The position numbers and the translations under genes were made by a program. The notes below the pieces were generated by a model, which saw nothing but the letters and a program-made list of their open reading frames with translations, was not told where the DNA came from and did no database searches. A stretch of DNA of 64,000 nt from a virus (lineage: Duplodnaviria; Caudoviricetes): the IMG/VR virus record IMGVR_UViG_3300028172_000069. One strand, 5' to 3'. This document shows positions 10,850 to 20,853 of this stretch, piece by piece. Positions within the stretch are counted from its first letter, which is position 1. Each line of letters begins with the position of its first letter.

Positions 10850-10878
10850 AAAAACGGGGCACTAGGCCCCGAGTTTTT
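10850..10878 (-). terminator. intrinsic terminator
   Basis: CGGGGC/GCCCCG stem flanked by A and T runs, directly after the J-domain gene. Confidence 0.6.
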
Positions 10879-11611
10879 GCTTCAAGCGAACGATATAGTC
10901 GTCCACGAATGTTTTGAATGCCACCTTGGCATCGTATTGGCGCTTCTGGACATGGAACTGGAGAACCGTGTAGAGCTTGTGCATGGCAGTTGCCTGCATG
11001 TCCAGCGTCAGGTTACGGTGCTTCTCCTCAACAACATGGCGCATATCCTTGGAGAGTTTCTCCTCTTCACCCCGAACGTACAGCGCACGGATGTAGGCGG
11101 TCTCCAGATCGTATGGGTCCTTCCGAGCGTAGGCATCCTGGGCCATGTTTAGGATTTCGCGCAGCTTGGCAGTCTCCGTGTAGGAGAATCGCTTGCACTT
11201 ATCTGGATGGCACATCTGGCATAGGCGTCGGTAAGTCGCACGGATGTTCTCCGTCTTAAACTTCTCCAGACGCTCCTGCCGATTCTTCTCTATCCGTGCC
11301 TGCATGGCCTCATCAATCTCGGCCTGTGCCAGTTCCTGCGCTTCCAGCTCTTTACGCAAGGCATCGGCGTCTTCACGGAGTTCGTGGCTCAGGTCGATCA
11401 CACCACTTACTGGAACCACTGCACCGCCGATCGTACCGTGCTTAGGTGCGGACTGTTCGTCCACCATCTGCGCAGTGATGGCTCGGTTCAGGTCGTCGAT
11501 GACTGCTGCTTCGACTGGGTAGTGTGGAAGGTAAATGGCATACACCCTTTCCATTCCACGTTGGGCAGAGTTGATCTGCTCAACCATTTCGTCGATTTCG
11601 TCTAGTAACAT
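10862..11611 (-). CDS. J-domain (DnaJ-like) co-chaperone
   Basis: YRRLCQMCHPDKC: HPD motif in helical context, preceded by a coiled-coil. Confidence 0.7.
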   Translation of the reverse strand: MLLDEIDEMVEQINSAQRGMERVYAIYLPHYPVEAAVIDDLNRAITAQMVDEQSAPKHGTIGGAVVPVSGVIDLSHELREDADALRKELEAQELAQAEIDEAMQARIEKNRQERLEKFKTENIRATYRRLCQMCHPDKCKRFSYTETAKLREILNMAQDAYARKDPYDLETAYIRALYVRGEEEKLSKDMRHVVEEKHRNLTLDMQATAMHKLYTVLQFHVQKRQYDAKVAFKTFVDDYIVRLKQKLGA

Positions 11612-12391
11612 TTAAATGTCCAAGATCGAGGCCTTCTGCTCAGCACTGAGGTAGAAGGCGTATTTGAGAGGTAAGCGCACGCGCTCGGCGAAAAAGGTGA
11701 CTGGGTCGATGCCGTTTACCACGACGATCTTCGGGATGTTGTTGAACTTCTCCAGCAAGTCCCGCAGCTTCTCCAGTTTGGTACGGCTGCTGTCAACACC
11801 AACGTTGGTGATGACCAGCATACTCATGTTCTCGGGTTCGCGTGCATCGCGCAGTGAATCCCACTGGTTGCCCATGAGCGGGTGCCAGAGTGGATATGCA
11901 CGACCACGGTGAACACCCTTCATCTGCGCGTCAATCGCACGGTTCATGAAGTTGGCTGCAAGCACCTTGGCGCGCACGTCGCTCGGGTAACTGCCAATTG
12001 CCATCGTGTAGTTGCCGTGCAGAGGATTGTCCAGCACCTTCTGGATGCCGTTGATCTGCTTCTTCACGCTGATGGATCGCAGAACGAAACCTTCAGGTAA
12101 CCACGTGATCGAACTCGGTGCCAACTCGATCTGGTTATTCTTCACCAGGTTCTCGATGTTGCGCACGACTGGCTTGATCCTTATCAGCGCTTCCTCAACT
12201 TGGAACGGAGAGCGAGCGAGGCTAAACGCATGACCATCGACGCCGCGCGACTTCAAGAGGTTCTGACGTTGCGTGTCGAACTTGAAGTCCATCCTGATAT
12301 CGGATTCGGACGTTGGTGTAGCTCGCTTGGAGGGCGGCAGCTCTGCTTGCAGATCGCTGTCCAAGTTCTTTAAGAAATCTTTTCTGGACAT
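11612..12391 (-). CDS. hypothetical protein, possibly a degenerate DnaC/IstB-like helicase loader
   Basis: SD GAGG before ATG. Alpha/beta C-terminus (MLVITNVG...KIVVVNG) resembles an AAA+ core with no intact Walker A; lies in the helicase block. Confidence 0.5.
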   Translation of the reverse strand: MSRKDFLKNLDSDLQAELPPSKRATPTSESDIRMDFKFDTQRQNLLKSRGVDGHAFSLARSPFQVEEALIRIKPVVRNIENLVKNNQIELAPSSITWLPEGFVLRSISVKKQINGIQKVLDNPLHGNYTMAIGSYPSDVRAKVLAANFMNRAIDAQMKGVHRGRAYPLWHPLMGNQWDSLRDAREPENMSMLVITNVGVDSSRTKLEKLRDLLEKFNNIPKIVVVNGIDPVTFFAERVRLPLKYAFYLSAEQKASILDI

Positions 12392-12743
12392 AGTCCTCGG
12401 ACCTTATGACGTGTAGTTCGTGTGCGTCCAACAACGCATCCAATTTGGCGTCGTTTATGTTAGCAGGACGCACAGGGCAGTAGACTATCTCAGGTCTGTT
12501 TACAGTACGCTCAAATTCGGACAACGTCATTACGGTCAGTGCGTGTCCGTTGAGATAGGTGGCGAGTGCCTTCCGACCACTAGGTGTTTCGCAAATGAAC
12601 ACGCAATCACGCGCTCGGCTAAGTGCATCCCGCACCATGTATTGCCAAACGCGCGTGTGCGATGCCCACTCTTGCATGAAGCCACTGAGGACAGAAAGTT
12701 CAGCACGAAGATCGAACTTGGCGGGCAAACCACCTAGGGCCAT
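12222..12743 (-). CDS. hypothetical protein (start uncertain; overlaps downstream gene by 170 nt)
   Basis: Fills the gap between the helicase and 11612..12391; ORF track 12222..12905, with internal ATG 12743 avoiding overlap with the helicase. Confidence 0.45.
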   Translation of the reverse strand: MALGGLPAKFDLRAELSVLSGFMQEWASHTRVWQYMVRDALSRARDCVFICETPSGRKALATYLNGHALTVMTLSEFERTVNRPEIVYCPVRPANINDAKLDALLDAHELHVIRSEDYVQKRFLKELGQRSASRAAALQASYTNVRIRYQDGLQVRHATSEPLEVARRRWSCV

Positions 12744-12771
12744 GAACCCGCCGTAGCGATACTCGAAGAAC

Positions 12772-14373
12772 TCACGACCCGAAAGGTCTTCCTCCAAACT
12801 TGGAACGGACGGCTTTGGTGTCTTCCATGAAGGCTTGCTCACCTCCGCCACCGTGCCCACTCCTTCGACTATTGTGTTTGTCCATAAGTATGATGGCGCG
12901 CTCATGGGCTACTTCCGTAGGCTTGTGTTTGAATTCCATGCACTGCTTGTAGGTTGACACAAAGCAACCAAGCGGCATTCCAATGTGCTCGTCCACAAAG
13001 AGTCGAATACCTGGTGGACGCTTGCCTTCAAACGGAGTCAGGATACGCGAACTCTCCTGCTTCCAGTTGGGCTTGTTGTTGATTGGCATGACGCAGTAGA
13101 TCATCGACCAACGAGGCACGTTCAGACCGCGCTGCATCAGAGAGCGGATGCCGATTACCACACGCACCTTACCAGACTTCGCATCGTCCAGTACGGCTTT
13201 GCGTCGAGTAATGTCTGCCTTGTTCTTCGCACCACCAGTGAACCCGTCAGCCACTTTCTTGCCGTACTGGTCGTTAATCATCTTGACCAAGTCCCAGACG
13301 TGCTCTTTGCGATACACTGGGATCAGCAGGTTGTGGCCTTTCTCCAAGTCCTTGAGCACCCAGTCAACGATGAACTGGTTGCGCTTCTTGTGGTTTGTCA
13401 GGAACGACACGCAACGGGTGAAGCCTGCACGACCCTTGTAGGCAGCTTTGGTCTTCACGAAGTCCATTGGGTGGACAAACACTTGAGCCTGCAACTGGTC
13501 ACGTTCAATCAGTGCAGTCACAGGCCCGACGATCTGCTCCACGATCTTGTACTTGCCGTCCTTGCGATCATCGGTACCGGTTGCACCAATGCGGATGCGC
13601 TGACGGAGCTCGTTCAAGGTCTTGGAATATTCACTCGCACCGGAGCTGTGCACCTCGTCAATGAACACCAGACCAAAGTTCTTGTTCAGGAGCTTGAGCA
13701 GCTTCTTGCCCTTGTCGCTCAGGAACGTCTGGTAGGTGCAGACGATAATCTCGAAGTCCTCGAAGTCCTGCGGCTTCTTGCCAAAGCCGTAGAGTTTCTT
13801 CTTGTACTTCTCCTGCAGATCAGGCAGGTTGGTGAACTCGGTGATGTGGTCGACGAACTGCTCCAGAAACTCTTTCTGGTCAGCAATCACGGCAATACGA
13901 TACTTGTACTGCGTGATGCCAGTGTACAGCATGGTCGGCGTCTTACCAGAACGCGGTGGTGCCTTGAGAACACCGTATCCGTGCTTCTTCAAGAGCTTGA
14001 TCGCAGGCTCCTGATAGTCGTACGGTTTGAAGCCGACCATCTTGACGTTATAACGACGTTTAGCCCGGGTCCGTAGGTCACGAACGCCGAGCTCCTTCAA
14101 ATCTAGGCCAAAGACCTTTGCGATGTTCTTGCGATCACCCAACGGGAAGCCGAAGTACTCGGTGTCACCTTTGATTTCACGGTTGACCGTTACCGATTTG
14201 CCCTTGTAGGCTTCGCACTTGTTGCAGATGTAGTTGTGGCGCTCAGGACGATTTTCACAGCGTCGGCAAGCGGATTCCTCGTAGAACCGATGGATGTAGC
14301 GCTTCTTTACTTCACGCTCGTCCACCAAATGCGATGGCACGAACATCCGTTCGCGGACAATGATTTCGCCCAT
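12772..14373 (-). CDS. UvsW-like superfamily 2 helicase with N-terminal Cys4 motif
   Basis: APPRSGKT (motif I), DEVH (II), GATGT (III), QRGLNVPRWS (V); CRRC...CNKC near the N-terminus. Confidence 0.88.
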   Translation of the reverse strand: MGEIIVRERMFVPSHLVDEREVKKRYIHRFYEESACRRCENRPERHNYICNKCEAYKGKSVTVNREIKGDTEYFGFPLGDRKNIAKVFGLDLKELGVRDLRTRAKRRYNVKMVGFKPYDYQEPAIKLLKKHGYGVLKAPPRSGKTPTMLYTGITQYKYRIAVIADQKEFLEQFVDHITEFTNLPDLQEKYKKKLYGFGKKPQDFEDFEIIVCTYQTFLSDKGKKLLKLLNKNFGLVFIDEVHSSGASEYSKTLNELRQRIRIGATGTDDRKDGKYKIVEQIVGPVTALIERDQLQAQVFVHPMDFVKTKAAYKGRAGFTRCVSFLTNHKKRNQFIVDWVLKDLEKGHNLLIPVYRKEHVWDLVKMINDQYGKKVADGFTGGAKNKADITRRKAVLDDAKSGKVRVVIGIRSLMQRGLNVPRWSMIYCVMPINNKPNWKQESSRILTPFEGKRPPGIRLFVDEHIGMPLGCFVSTYKQCMEFKHKPTEVAHERAIILMDKHNSRRSGHGGGGEQAFMEDTKAVRSKFGGRPFGS

Positions 14374-14909
14374 TACAGACTCTCTGGTTTGCCCAGCAGC
14401 TTGATCGCCTCGATAACATCACGGAAGCGGTAGCTCGCCTTGTCAATATCCTCAACGAGGTACTCGGCGTGCTTTTTCAACTGCTCGACCTTGTGAATGT
14501 AACGGAAGAACGGACGCAGTACGTTCTCCATGAATTGGCGCCTCTCCTCTTTGGAGCTGCGGCCTGTGGTGATTCTCCCACCGTACTCCAACATCAGGTA
14601 GTCACGCAAATTATTCAGCGTGTCCTGGAAGTCACCGGTGATTGCCAAGCAGGACATGAGAATCTCTGCGCAACGGCTACGACAACTGGTGTCGTGGGTC
14701 ATTGCGTCGATCACGTCTTTGGTGAAGCGCTTACTCTTCCGATTCAGGCTGCGCGTCAGGCGCATCTTGTGCATCGAGTTGAGTTCGTCGTGCAGGTCAT
14801 CGAAGGCCAGTTTCAGATTTGGGTTCTTCTCGACGGCTGCACGGAAGCGCTTGTACTTCTCGTCACGCTTTACAAGTTTCCGAACGTGCTCCAGATCAAC
14901 CTTATTCAT
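14373..14909 (-). CDS. helical protein, possible UvsY-like recombination mediator
   Basis: SD GGAGG before ATG 14909; all-helical; C-terminus LVEDIDKASYRFRDVIEAIKLLG resembles the UvsY C-terminus; adjacent to the UvsW-like helicase. Confidence 0.45.
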   Translation of the reverse strand: MNKVDLEHVRKLVKRDEKYKRFRAAVEKNPNLKLAFDDLHDELNSMHKMRLTRSLNRKSKRFTKDVIDAMTHDTSCRSRCAEILMSCLAITGDFQDTLNNLRDYLMLEYGGRITTGRSSKEERRQFMENVLRPFFRYIHKVEQLKKHAEYLVEDIDKASYRFRDVIEAIKLLGKPESL

Positions 14910-15346
14910 TAACCCTCCCGCACCAGATAGGCTGAATCTTCTTGCCCTGCGATCAGCGTCAGCAAGCATCCACTGCTTGACTTGAAGAACAGGAGTTTGG
15001 TTTTGTCGTTGCTGATGGTCAAGGTCTCAAAGTCATACTTCTCCCTGACGTTGCAACGGACGATCATGCGGTTGTCCACAATCTCCAGCTTGGACTCGTC
15101 GACCACAAATAGGTGCCCGTATACGGTACCGCGTCGGTTGACGAAGTTGTACATGGTGCAGAACCGATTGAGCACCACGGGATTCTTGTGGTCGATCAGA
15201 AGTAAGGTCTGCACCACTGGGCGAAAGAACACGGCGGCGTGGTAGCCATCGTGCGCAGTGCCCAGCTTGACAAACTCGTTGATGCTTTTGCTGGTGATTT
15301 CGACTTCATCCGCAAGACTGAAAATCAGGCTCACGTCATTCGTCAT
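14909..15346 (-). CDS. hypothetical protein
   Basis: ORF tightly coupled to both neighbours. Confidence 0.65.
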   Translation of the reverse strand: MTNDVSLIFSLADEVEITSKSINEFVKLGTAHDGYHAAVFFRPVVQTLLLIDHKNPVVLNRFCTMYNFVNRRGTVYGHLFVVDESKLEIVDNRMIVRCNVREKYDFETLTISNDKTKLLFFKSSSGCLLTLIAGQEDSAYLVREG

Positions 15347-16484
15347 AGAAGGTCCCAAGCTGGGTCAACTGCACACCCTTAGCGGGCTGAGTGACGATGC
15401 AGAAGGTCGAGGTCGCACCTTTGTTGCGCGCCTTGAACAGGTTCATCGGCACTTCGTCGTCCTTGATCTTGTCGAACAAGTCCTTGAGGATGCGCGGGTC
15501 GACGTGAATGGTACGTGGGTCACCTTTGATCTGCGCCTTGCACGCATCCTCGACGCTGCCGCTCTTGGTGAGCATCTTCATCTTGATGCCCTTGTCCTTG
15601 AACTGCATTGCCATCTTGGTATCTTCGGTGACGATGGCGAACATATTGTCCACGGCCTTGAGCGATTCCGGGTTGAACGTCACGGTCATGGACGGTGCTG
15701 GCAGCGACTTCAGGAACTCGGCCACCATGCTGAACTTGAACTCGTCTTCCTGAATCTCAGGTACCGACACAACGTAGTCGTCACCACGGATGCACAACTG
15801 GCTACCGTTGAGACTGATCTTCGGCTCACTGTCGCCGATGAAACGGTCCAGCATGTTGAACGTGCGAGTTGGAATTGCGAAGCGCAGCGTCACGTCAGAC
15901 TTCACTTTCGCCTTGTATTGGCTCAGGTGGAAGTTGTCTGCGGACTCGATCACCACACCCTTCTCGGAGACCTTGACGAACGAAAGGATAATGTCGTCGG
16001 TGTAGAAGTTGGTGAGCGATGCGGCTTTGATACCTTCGCGGATCGCCTTGATAACTTCACGGCTGAGCTTCTTGGACTTCGGCGGATTGAACACGTCCTT
16101 CAGGCGAACAATGTCGGCATCGTCGAGCAGTTGCAGTTCGGTAGTCGCTCGATACTTGCCCTTGAGCGCTTGCACGATCAACTCGGCTTTGTCACCACTG
16201 ATCGACAGGCCGTCACGATTCTTGATCAGGCCCTGCACTTTCGCGGGCTCGAAGATGAACGCGCCGTTCTTGCCGCCAGCAGACTTGCCGACGCAGACGC
16301 ACGCGAACGCATCTGGGGTAATACCTACGATGTAAGCCTTGCCATCACTGACCAGCATCGCATGGCGTCGCTCGGTATCGAGACAGTCCACGAAGGACGT
16401 GATGCTCACTACCTTTTGGATCGCTTGCTGCAACTCTTTGGCCTGAGCCTCGAATTGCAGATTCGGAGATTGGGAGATTTTCAT
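15336..16484 (-). CDS. DNA polymerase sliding clamp (DnaN/beta-type)
   Basis: 382 aa (beta-clamp size); SADNFHLS resembles ATDGHRL, followed by FAIPTRTF; replication gene context with a clamp loader in the window. Confidence 0.75.
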   Translation of the reverse strand: MKISQSPNLQFEAQAKELQQAIQKVVSITSFVDCLDTERRHAMLVSDGKAYIVGITPDAFACVCVGKSAGGKNGAFIFEPAKVQGLIKNRDGLSISGDKAELIVQALKGKYRATTELQLLDDADIVRLKDVFNPPKSKKLSREVIKAIREGIKAASLTNFYTDDIILSFVKVSEKGVVIESADNFHLSQYKAKVKSDVTLRFAIPTRTFNMLDRFIGDSEPKISLNGSQLCIRGDDYVVSVPEIQEDEFKFSMVAEFLKSLPAPSMTVTFNPESLKAVDNMFAIVTEDTKMAMQFKDKGIKMKMLTKSGSVEDACKAQIKGDPRTIHVDPRILKDLFDKIKDDEVPMNLFKARNKGATSTFCIVTQPAKGVQLTQLGTFYDE

Positions 16485-16492
16485 ACCTGTCC

Positions 16493-16879
16493 TTACTGTA
16501 GCAGCACGCTAGGCATTACGGTCGTACACTTGACGCCCTTGGGTGTAATGTCAGCGTATAGGATAATGACTTCGCCGAGTTGCATACCCACGGAAATATC
16601 ATGGCCGTCCAGTGCATCGCGCACATGGTGCATCAGCATATGCTTTACACTCACGGCGGCGTGGCGCAGAACATCAACCTGTTCCATACTCTGGCACAGG
16701 TCAATGAATCGCTGTTGATAGCGAGCTTGCCAGTCGCGCATGGTTCCGTTTTCGATCTGGTCTTGCGCAGTGCGATCACCCGAGCGACGAATCCGGTGCA
16801 TCAAGGCTTCGCTGAACTTCACCTCGATCCGCAAATCCCGGTATGTCGGCGGAGGAGAAAGAGCGCCGAATATGCCCAT
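16493..16879 (-). CDS. hypothetical protein
   Basis: SD GGAG before ATG; fills the gap upstream of the clamp. Confidence 0.55.
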   Translation of the reverse strand: MGIFGALSPPPTYRDLRIEVKFSEALMHRIRRSGDRTAQDQIENGTMRDWQARYQQRFIDLCQSMEQVDVLRHAAVSVKHMLMHHVRDALDGHDISVGMQLGEVIILYADITPKGVKCTTVMPSVLLQ

Positions 16880-17105
16880 CGACTGTCTCCGTTTGAATGA
16901 TCAGGCGCTGACCCGAAGAAGCCAGCAGCCCGTTGATAAGTCCGAGCGCATTGAGCATGCCCGTGTCAGGACCAACCATCATCACTTCGATATCGGTTGT
17001 CGCTCCCACCAGCGGACTGATGGGAGTGTTGACAGCAAACAAGTCAAACACGCGCGGGTCAAGCGTTGCTGCCTCATTGAGCAGCTCCAGCGCGTGTTGT
17101 ATCAT
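16776..17105 (-). CDS. hypothetical protein
   Basis: Starts at the polymerase stop (ATGA overlap); 3' end overlaps the next gene by about 100 nt. Confidence 0.55.
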   Translation of the reverse strand: MIQHALELLNEAATLDPRVFDLFAVNTPISPLVGATTDIEVMMVGPDTGMLNALGLINGLLASSGQRLIIQTETVDGHIRRSFSSADIPGFADRGEVQRSLDAPDSSLG

Positions 17106-20100
17106 GCAGCCTCCTTAAGGGACTTCTTCTTTTTCTTCTCGGCAGGCTTGGCGACCAGCTTCTCCATCAGAGACTTCGACTTCTTCTTGTCGATCACCTC
17201 GTCGGTAGTGCGTGGGTCCTTCTTCATGCCTTCCATCTTCATGCCAGTGTTCCAGGCTTGCTTCTTCGCCCAGTCAGGCATATCGACATACTGCTTGGAC
17301 ATGATTTGCTTGAATACGGCATCGACGTCCACATCGTACTTGAACTCGTCGCGCTGCTGCTTGAGCGCTTGGTAGATCAGGTTCTCGATACTTCCATCGT
17401 CTTCCTTCTTCTCGCCTTTCTTGTCCACTGGCTTCTTGCCTGCCACGTTGTCCTTGAAATCAGGATCGGCAGACTTGAGGCTGTAGTCCCAACCAGCGCA
17501 GTCGCGGATGTTCGCACCAATCTCGAAGTCAATCTCCAGCGGCACGAGGAACTTCATGCCATGGCGTTTCTCCATGACGTCCATCACACCGTAGGTAAGA
17601 CCGTGTTCGATAATACGGATCGCGTTCCACACGTCTTCATAAGCAACCGAGAACTCAAGGGAGTCGTGTACCGAGTTGGTCATGTAGAAGTCTGGGTAGT
17701 GCTTGGTCTCTTTGTAGTGCTTCCAGCGCAGTTGCTCAATCAGGCGAGCACCAGACACGAGGAAGTCAGAACCCATGCCCTGAATCGGCGAGTTCACTGC
17801 ACGACGACCAGTAGCCGCGTACACACCATCAAACGACTTGGCATCTTTCGGAATCAGGAACGCCCACAGGTTACGACGGCGACCCAGAGGAGACTCGACG
17901 AACAACTGGTCGGCAGCCTTCTTCTTGATCTTGTCGAACCAACCAGCACCAACTGGGAAGCGTTTGAAGAACGCCTTGATCAGTGCCTTAATCGCTTCGA
18001 CCGTCTGGCCAGTAGACTTCGCAGAACCTTCAACACCCTGCTGGTAGATCAGACCGAAGACTACCTGCTTAACGCTGTTACGCTTCGGCTTGTCAACGTC
18101 GTTGATATCCATGCCGAAGAAGTACGCGGCGTTGATACGGTGGACGTCACCTTCCATCGCGATCTTGTGCGCAAGCTCAGGCGTCGGGAACAGCTTGTAC
18201 TGGTTACGCATACGCAAGCCGTGCCAGAACAGGTCAGCTACTTCCTTGTCACCAGTGATGATCGACCAACCACGAACTTCGTGAGCCGCATAGTCGATCT
18301 TTAGGATCAGACGGCCCTTGTCCGCAATGAACAATCGCTTGATGAACTTACCAAGGTCGGCACGTCCCGGGAACATCTTCTTGATGAACTCGGTAATGTC
18401 GTTTCGACTTGGCAACTGGTGGAGCGACGGCTTCTTCGCAGAAGTACGGCCCGTCACAACGTCACGGAAGTTGAAGAACGGTCGGATGCAGGAGTCGAAC
18501 CGCATATCAGGGTCGGAACCCCATTGCTTCACGAACGCCTTGACGTAGCTGTTGAAGATTTTCTTGATCTTCTGGAGCTCGTTATACAGCGCGACCTCTG
18601 GGACGTCCGCATACTTCTTCTGGAAGTCCTTGTCGACGGCGCCTTGACCGTTCTTGCCGACAGACGTGGGTTTCAACTTGAGCACGTCGAACATCATCAT
18701 GTTCAAGTGCGCTTTCTTCGCCACGTTGAAAATCTTCATCTTGGTCTTGCCCCAGATACCTTTCGCTGGCGCGCCGGTATTCTTCTGGAGTCGGTTGTTG
18801 GTCTTCTCGGCACCTGCCGTTTCTTCCAACGCCTTGATGACTGCCTCGCGATGCTGGATGATCGGACTGTCGTTCGACTTGAGGTAGAACAACCAGTTGA
18901 TATCCGTCTTACATCCGTTGGTCTCCAGACAGGAGAACACGTGGAGCATATCGCTGATCTGCTCGCGCACGATGGACTTGAACTTGCGATAGCCAAAGTC
19001 CTTCGCACGCTGTATCTGCAGGCGACGAATGTGGATCAGGGTGATAACGTCCAGCGCACAGTAGTTCAGGAGCGGCTTGTCCAAGTCCACGGTTTCAATC
19101 GTGGCACGCTTGTCCTTACCGAAGTCCGACTCGTAGTACGCATGGCACCCGTACTGCATGGTGATGTTCAACAAGGTGTAGTAGGTGTTGCCGTACGAGT
19201 TCATGATCTTCATGTTCTCGTCCAGACCAAACTCACCTGCGAACACGTCCCACACGGCATTCTTGAAATGCCGCACACCCAGGTCAACGCGAATCCGATT
19301 CAGGTCGAACACGGCGTTGGCGTAGATGTGTTCCTTGTTCTTGTTGCGATGCTCGAAGTAGGCCTTGAGCTTCTTCTTGATGTACTTCAATTCCTCAGGC
19401 AGCCAAGGACTGTCCTTGTGCCCGATAGGAACGATGTACGCCGCATGTTCATCGACTGCGAACTGGATAGTCAGCATTCGGTTCACGATGCGGTTCAGGT
19501 TCTTGGTCTCTGTGTCGATTGCGACAACAGGCGCGTCGTACAGAGTCTCCATCATCTTGTCAAACTTCTCGATGGAGTCAACCAGTCGAGTCTTGAACTC
19601 CAGCTTCGGCATTTCGTATCGAAGCTTGCCGTACAGCGCGTTCATAATGTTGCGTGCCACGTACCCGGCTAGGTACATTGGCTCACCCTTACCTGTGGCA
19701 CCCACCAACGTGTTCAGGCTGAACGAACTGACGTGCTTGTACTTGTGCGTCTTGCCACCAGACTTGGCCTTCGTCTTGATTGGCACACCGTAGAAGTGCT
19801 CCCAGTGAATGCCTTTCTTGTCGCGGAACTTGCTGATGTATTCCCCATTGAGCGCACGCAGCGGGTCCATACCAAACGTCATCACAACGTCAGGCTTGTA
19901 CTCGGTGATGATGTGGTTGATGCGCTCGGTAAACTCCTGCTTGGCTTCTGTGCGGAATTGCTCAGGCATGCCAGCAGTCTTGAAAGCGTTGTAACTCACA
20001 GCCAGCCAGTTGCACTCGGAGAGTTTGACCTCAGAGTGATAGTGGCGTTCGACCACGGCGATCAGGTTGTCAAACAACTGACCAGTGGCACCAGACAGCA

Positions 20101-20278
20101 TCCGACCAGAGCGTAGGTCTTCGGTCGGCACATAATCGAGCACGAACAGGATTTTCCTCTTCGCGTTCTTCTTGGAAGATTTGGCGAGCCGGACATACCC
20201 ATAGTTGTTCTCGACTCTACGGAACTTCTTGGAGTATGTATAGTCCAACTCGACGTGATCGCACTTCGGCATTGTCAC
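17102..20278 (-). CDS. polA: family A DNA polymerase with N-terminal UDG-like domain and 3'-5' exonuclease
   Basis: Exo motifs VAIDTET, FDLNRI, YCALD; TGRTSAKKPSLHQLP; motif A DYAAHEVR, motif B RNSVKQVVFGLIY, motif C VHDS. N-terminal ILFVLDYVP..DLRSGRMLSGATGQLF resembles family-4 UDG. Confidence 0.95.
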   Translation of the reverse strand: MTMPKCDHVELDYTYSKKFRRVENNYGYVRLAKSSKKNAKRKILFVLDYVPTEDLRSGRMLSGATGQLFDNLIAVVERHYHSEVKLSECNWLAVSYNAFKTAGMPEQFRTEAKQEFTERINHIITEYKPDVVMTFGMDPLRALNGEYISKFRDKKGIHWEHFYGVPIKTKAKSGGKTHKYKHVSSFSLNTLVGATGKGEPMYLAGYVARNIMNALYGKLRYEMPKLEFKTRLVDSIEKFDKMMETLYDAPVVAIDTETKNLNRIVNRMLTIQFAVDEHAAYIVPIGHKDSPWLPEELKYIKKKLKAYFEHRNKNKEHIYANAVFDLNRIRVDLGVRHFKNAVWDVFAGEFGLDENMKIMNSYGNTYYTLLNITMQYGCHAYYESDFGKDKRATIETVDLDKPLLNYCALDVITLIHIRRLQIQRAKDFGYRKFKSIVREQISDMLHVFSCLETNGCKTDINWLFYLKSNDSPIIQHREAVIKALEETAGAEKTNNRLQKNTGAPAKGIWGKTKMKIFNVAKKAHLNMMMFDVLKLKPTSVGKNGQGAVDKDFQKKYADVPEVALYNELQKIKKIFNSYVKAFVKQWGSDPDMRFDSCIRPFFNFRDVVTGRTSAKKPSLHQLPSRNDITEFIKKMFPGRADLGKFIKRLFIADKGRLILKIDYAAHEVRGWSIITGDKEVADLFWHGLRMRNQYKLFPTPELAHKIAMEGDVHRINAAYFFGMDINDVDKPKRNSVKQVVFGLIYQQGVEGSAKSTGQTVEAIKALIKAFFKRFPVGAGWFDKIKKKAADQLFVESPLGRRRNLWAFLIPKDAKSFDGVYAATGRRAVNSPIQGMGSDFLVSGARLIEQLRWKHYKETKHYPDFYMTNSVHDSLEFSVAYEDVWNAIRIIEHGLTYGVMDVMEKRHGMKFLVPLEIDFEIGANIRDCAGWDYSLKSADPDFKDNVAGKKPVDKKGEKKEDDGSIENLIYQALKQQRDEFKYDVDVDAVFKQIMSKQYVDMPDWAKKQAWNTGMKMEGMKKDPRTTDEVIDKKKSKSLMEKLVAKPAEKKKKKSLKEAA

Positions 20279-20320
20279 GGACCTCTAGTCAAAGACTATG
20301 GTGTGTTTACAGTTCCAAAG

Positions 20321-20345
20321 AAAAAGGCGACCCGAAGGCCGCCTT
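20321..20345 (-). terminator. intrinsic terminator (repeated element)
   Basis: AGGCGGCC-TTCG-GGTCGCCT-TTTT; identical copies at about 50990 and 52537. Confidence 0.8.
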
Positions 20346-20349
20346 GGTG

Positions 20350-20853
20350 CTAGAAAACTCCAGCGAGTTTGGCGTAGCGCGTGAGTAACGCACTCTGCTC
20401 CTCGTAGGTTGCGAACAGCACATGGCGACGATTCAAGGTCACGATGTGGTCATGCGCAAGTTTCTTGGAGCCGCCAACGTTGGTGTAGTAGTGCCAGTTG
20501 AGCGCTTTCAGGTGAGTCAGTGGAACACCCTCTGCGTCCTCGGTCACGACATGGAACGTGTAGCCGTCGTGGGTGAAGAAGCCACTGAACCCATCCGTCG
20601 GCTGAGTCATCAGCGTCGAGATATAGGCCAGAGCGAATTCAGGGTCCGTGAAGACTTGCACCTTGACGCGCAGTCCGTCGAACTGCTGTGGGTGCTCACC
20701 TCCAAACTCACCACTGCCGAAACCAAAGTAACCGAGGAAGTCGAACGTGTTGTCACCGAAGTGAGGCTTCTCGTCGGTACGGCAGAACAGGTAACGTCGC
20801 GTGGCACCCCGGAGTCTGAATGCTGCATAGGTCAACTCAGCAGGGTGTTTCAC
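20350..20853 (-). CDS. hypothetical protein
   Basis: 167-aa ORF ending at the terminator. Confidence 0.7.
   Translation of the reverse strand: MKHPAELTYAAFRLRGATRRYLFCRTDEKPHFGDNTFDFLGYFGFGSGEFGGEHPQQFDGLRVKVQVFTDPEFALAYISTLMTQPTDGFSGFFTHDGYTFHVVTEDAEGVPLTHLKALNWHYYTNVGGSKKLAHDHIVTLNRRHVLFATYEEQSALLTRYAKLAGVF

Noticed and set aside
12772-20278. Inteins or introns in the helicase or polymerase
   Set aside because: Motif spacing is normal; no C/S...HN splice junctions or LAGLIDADG blocks seen.
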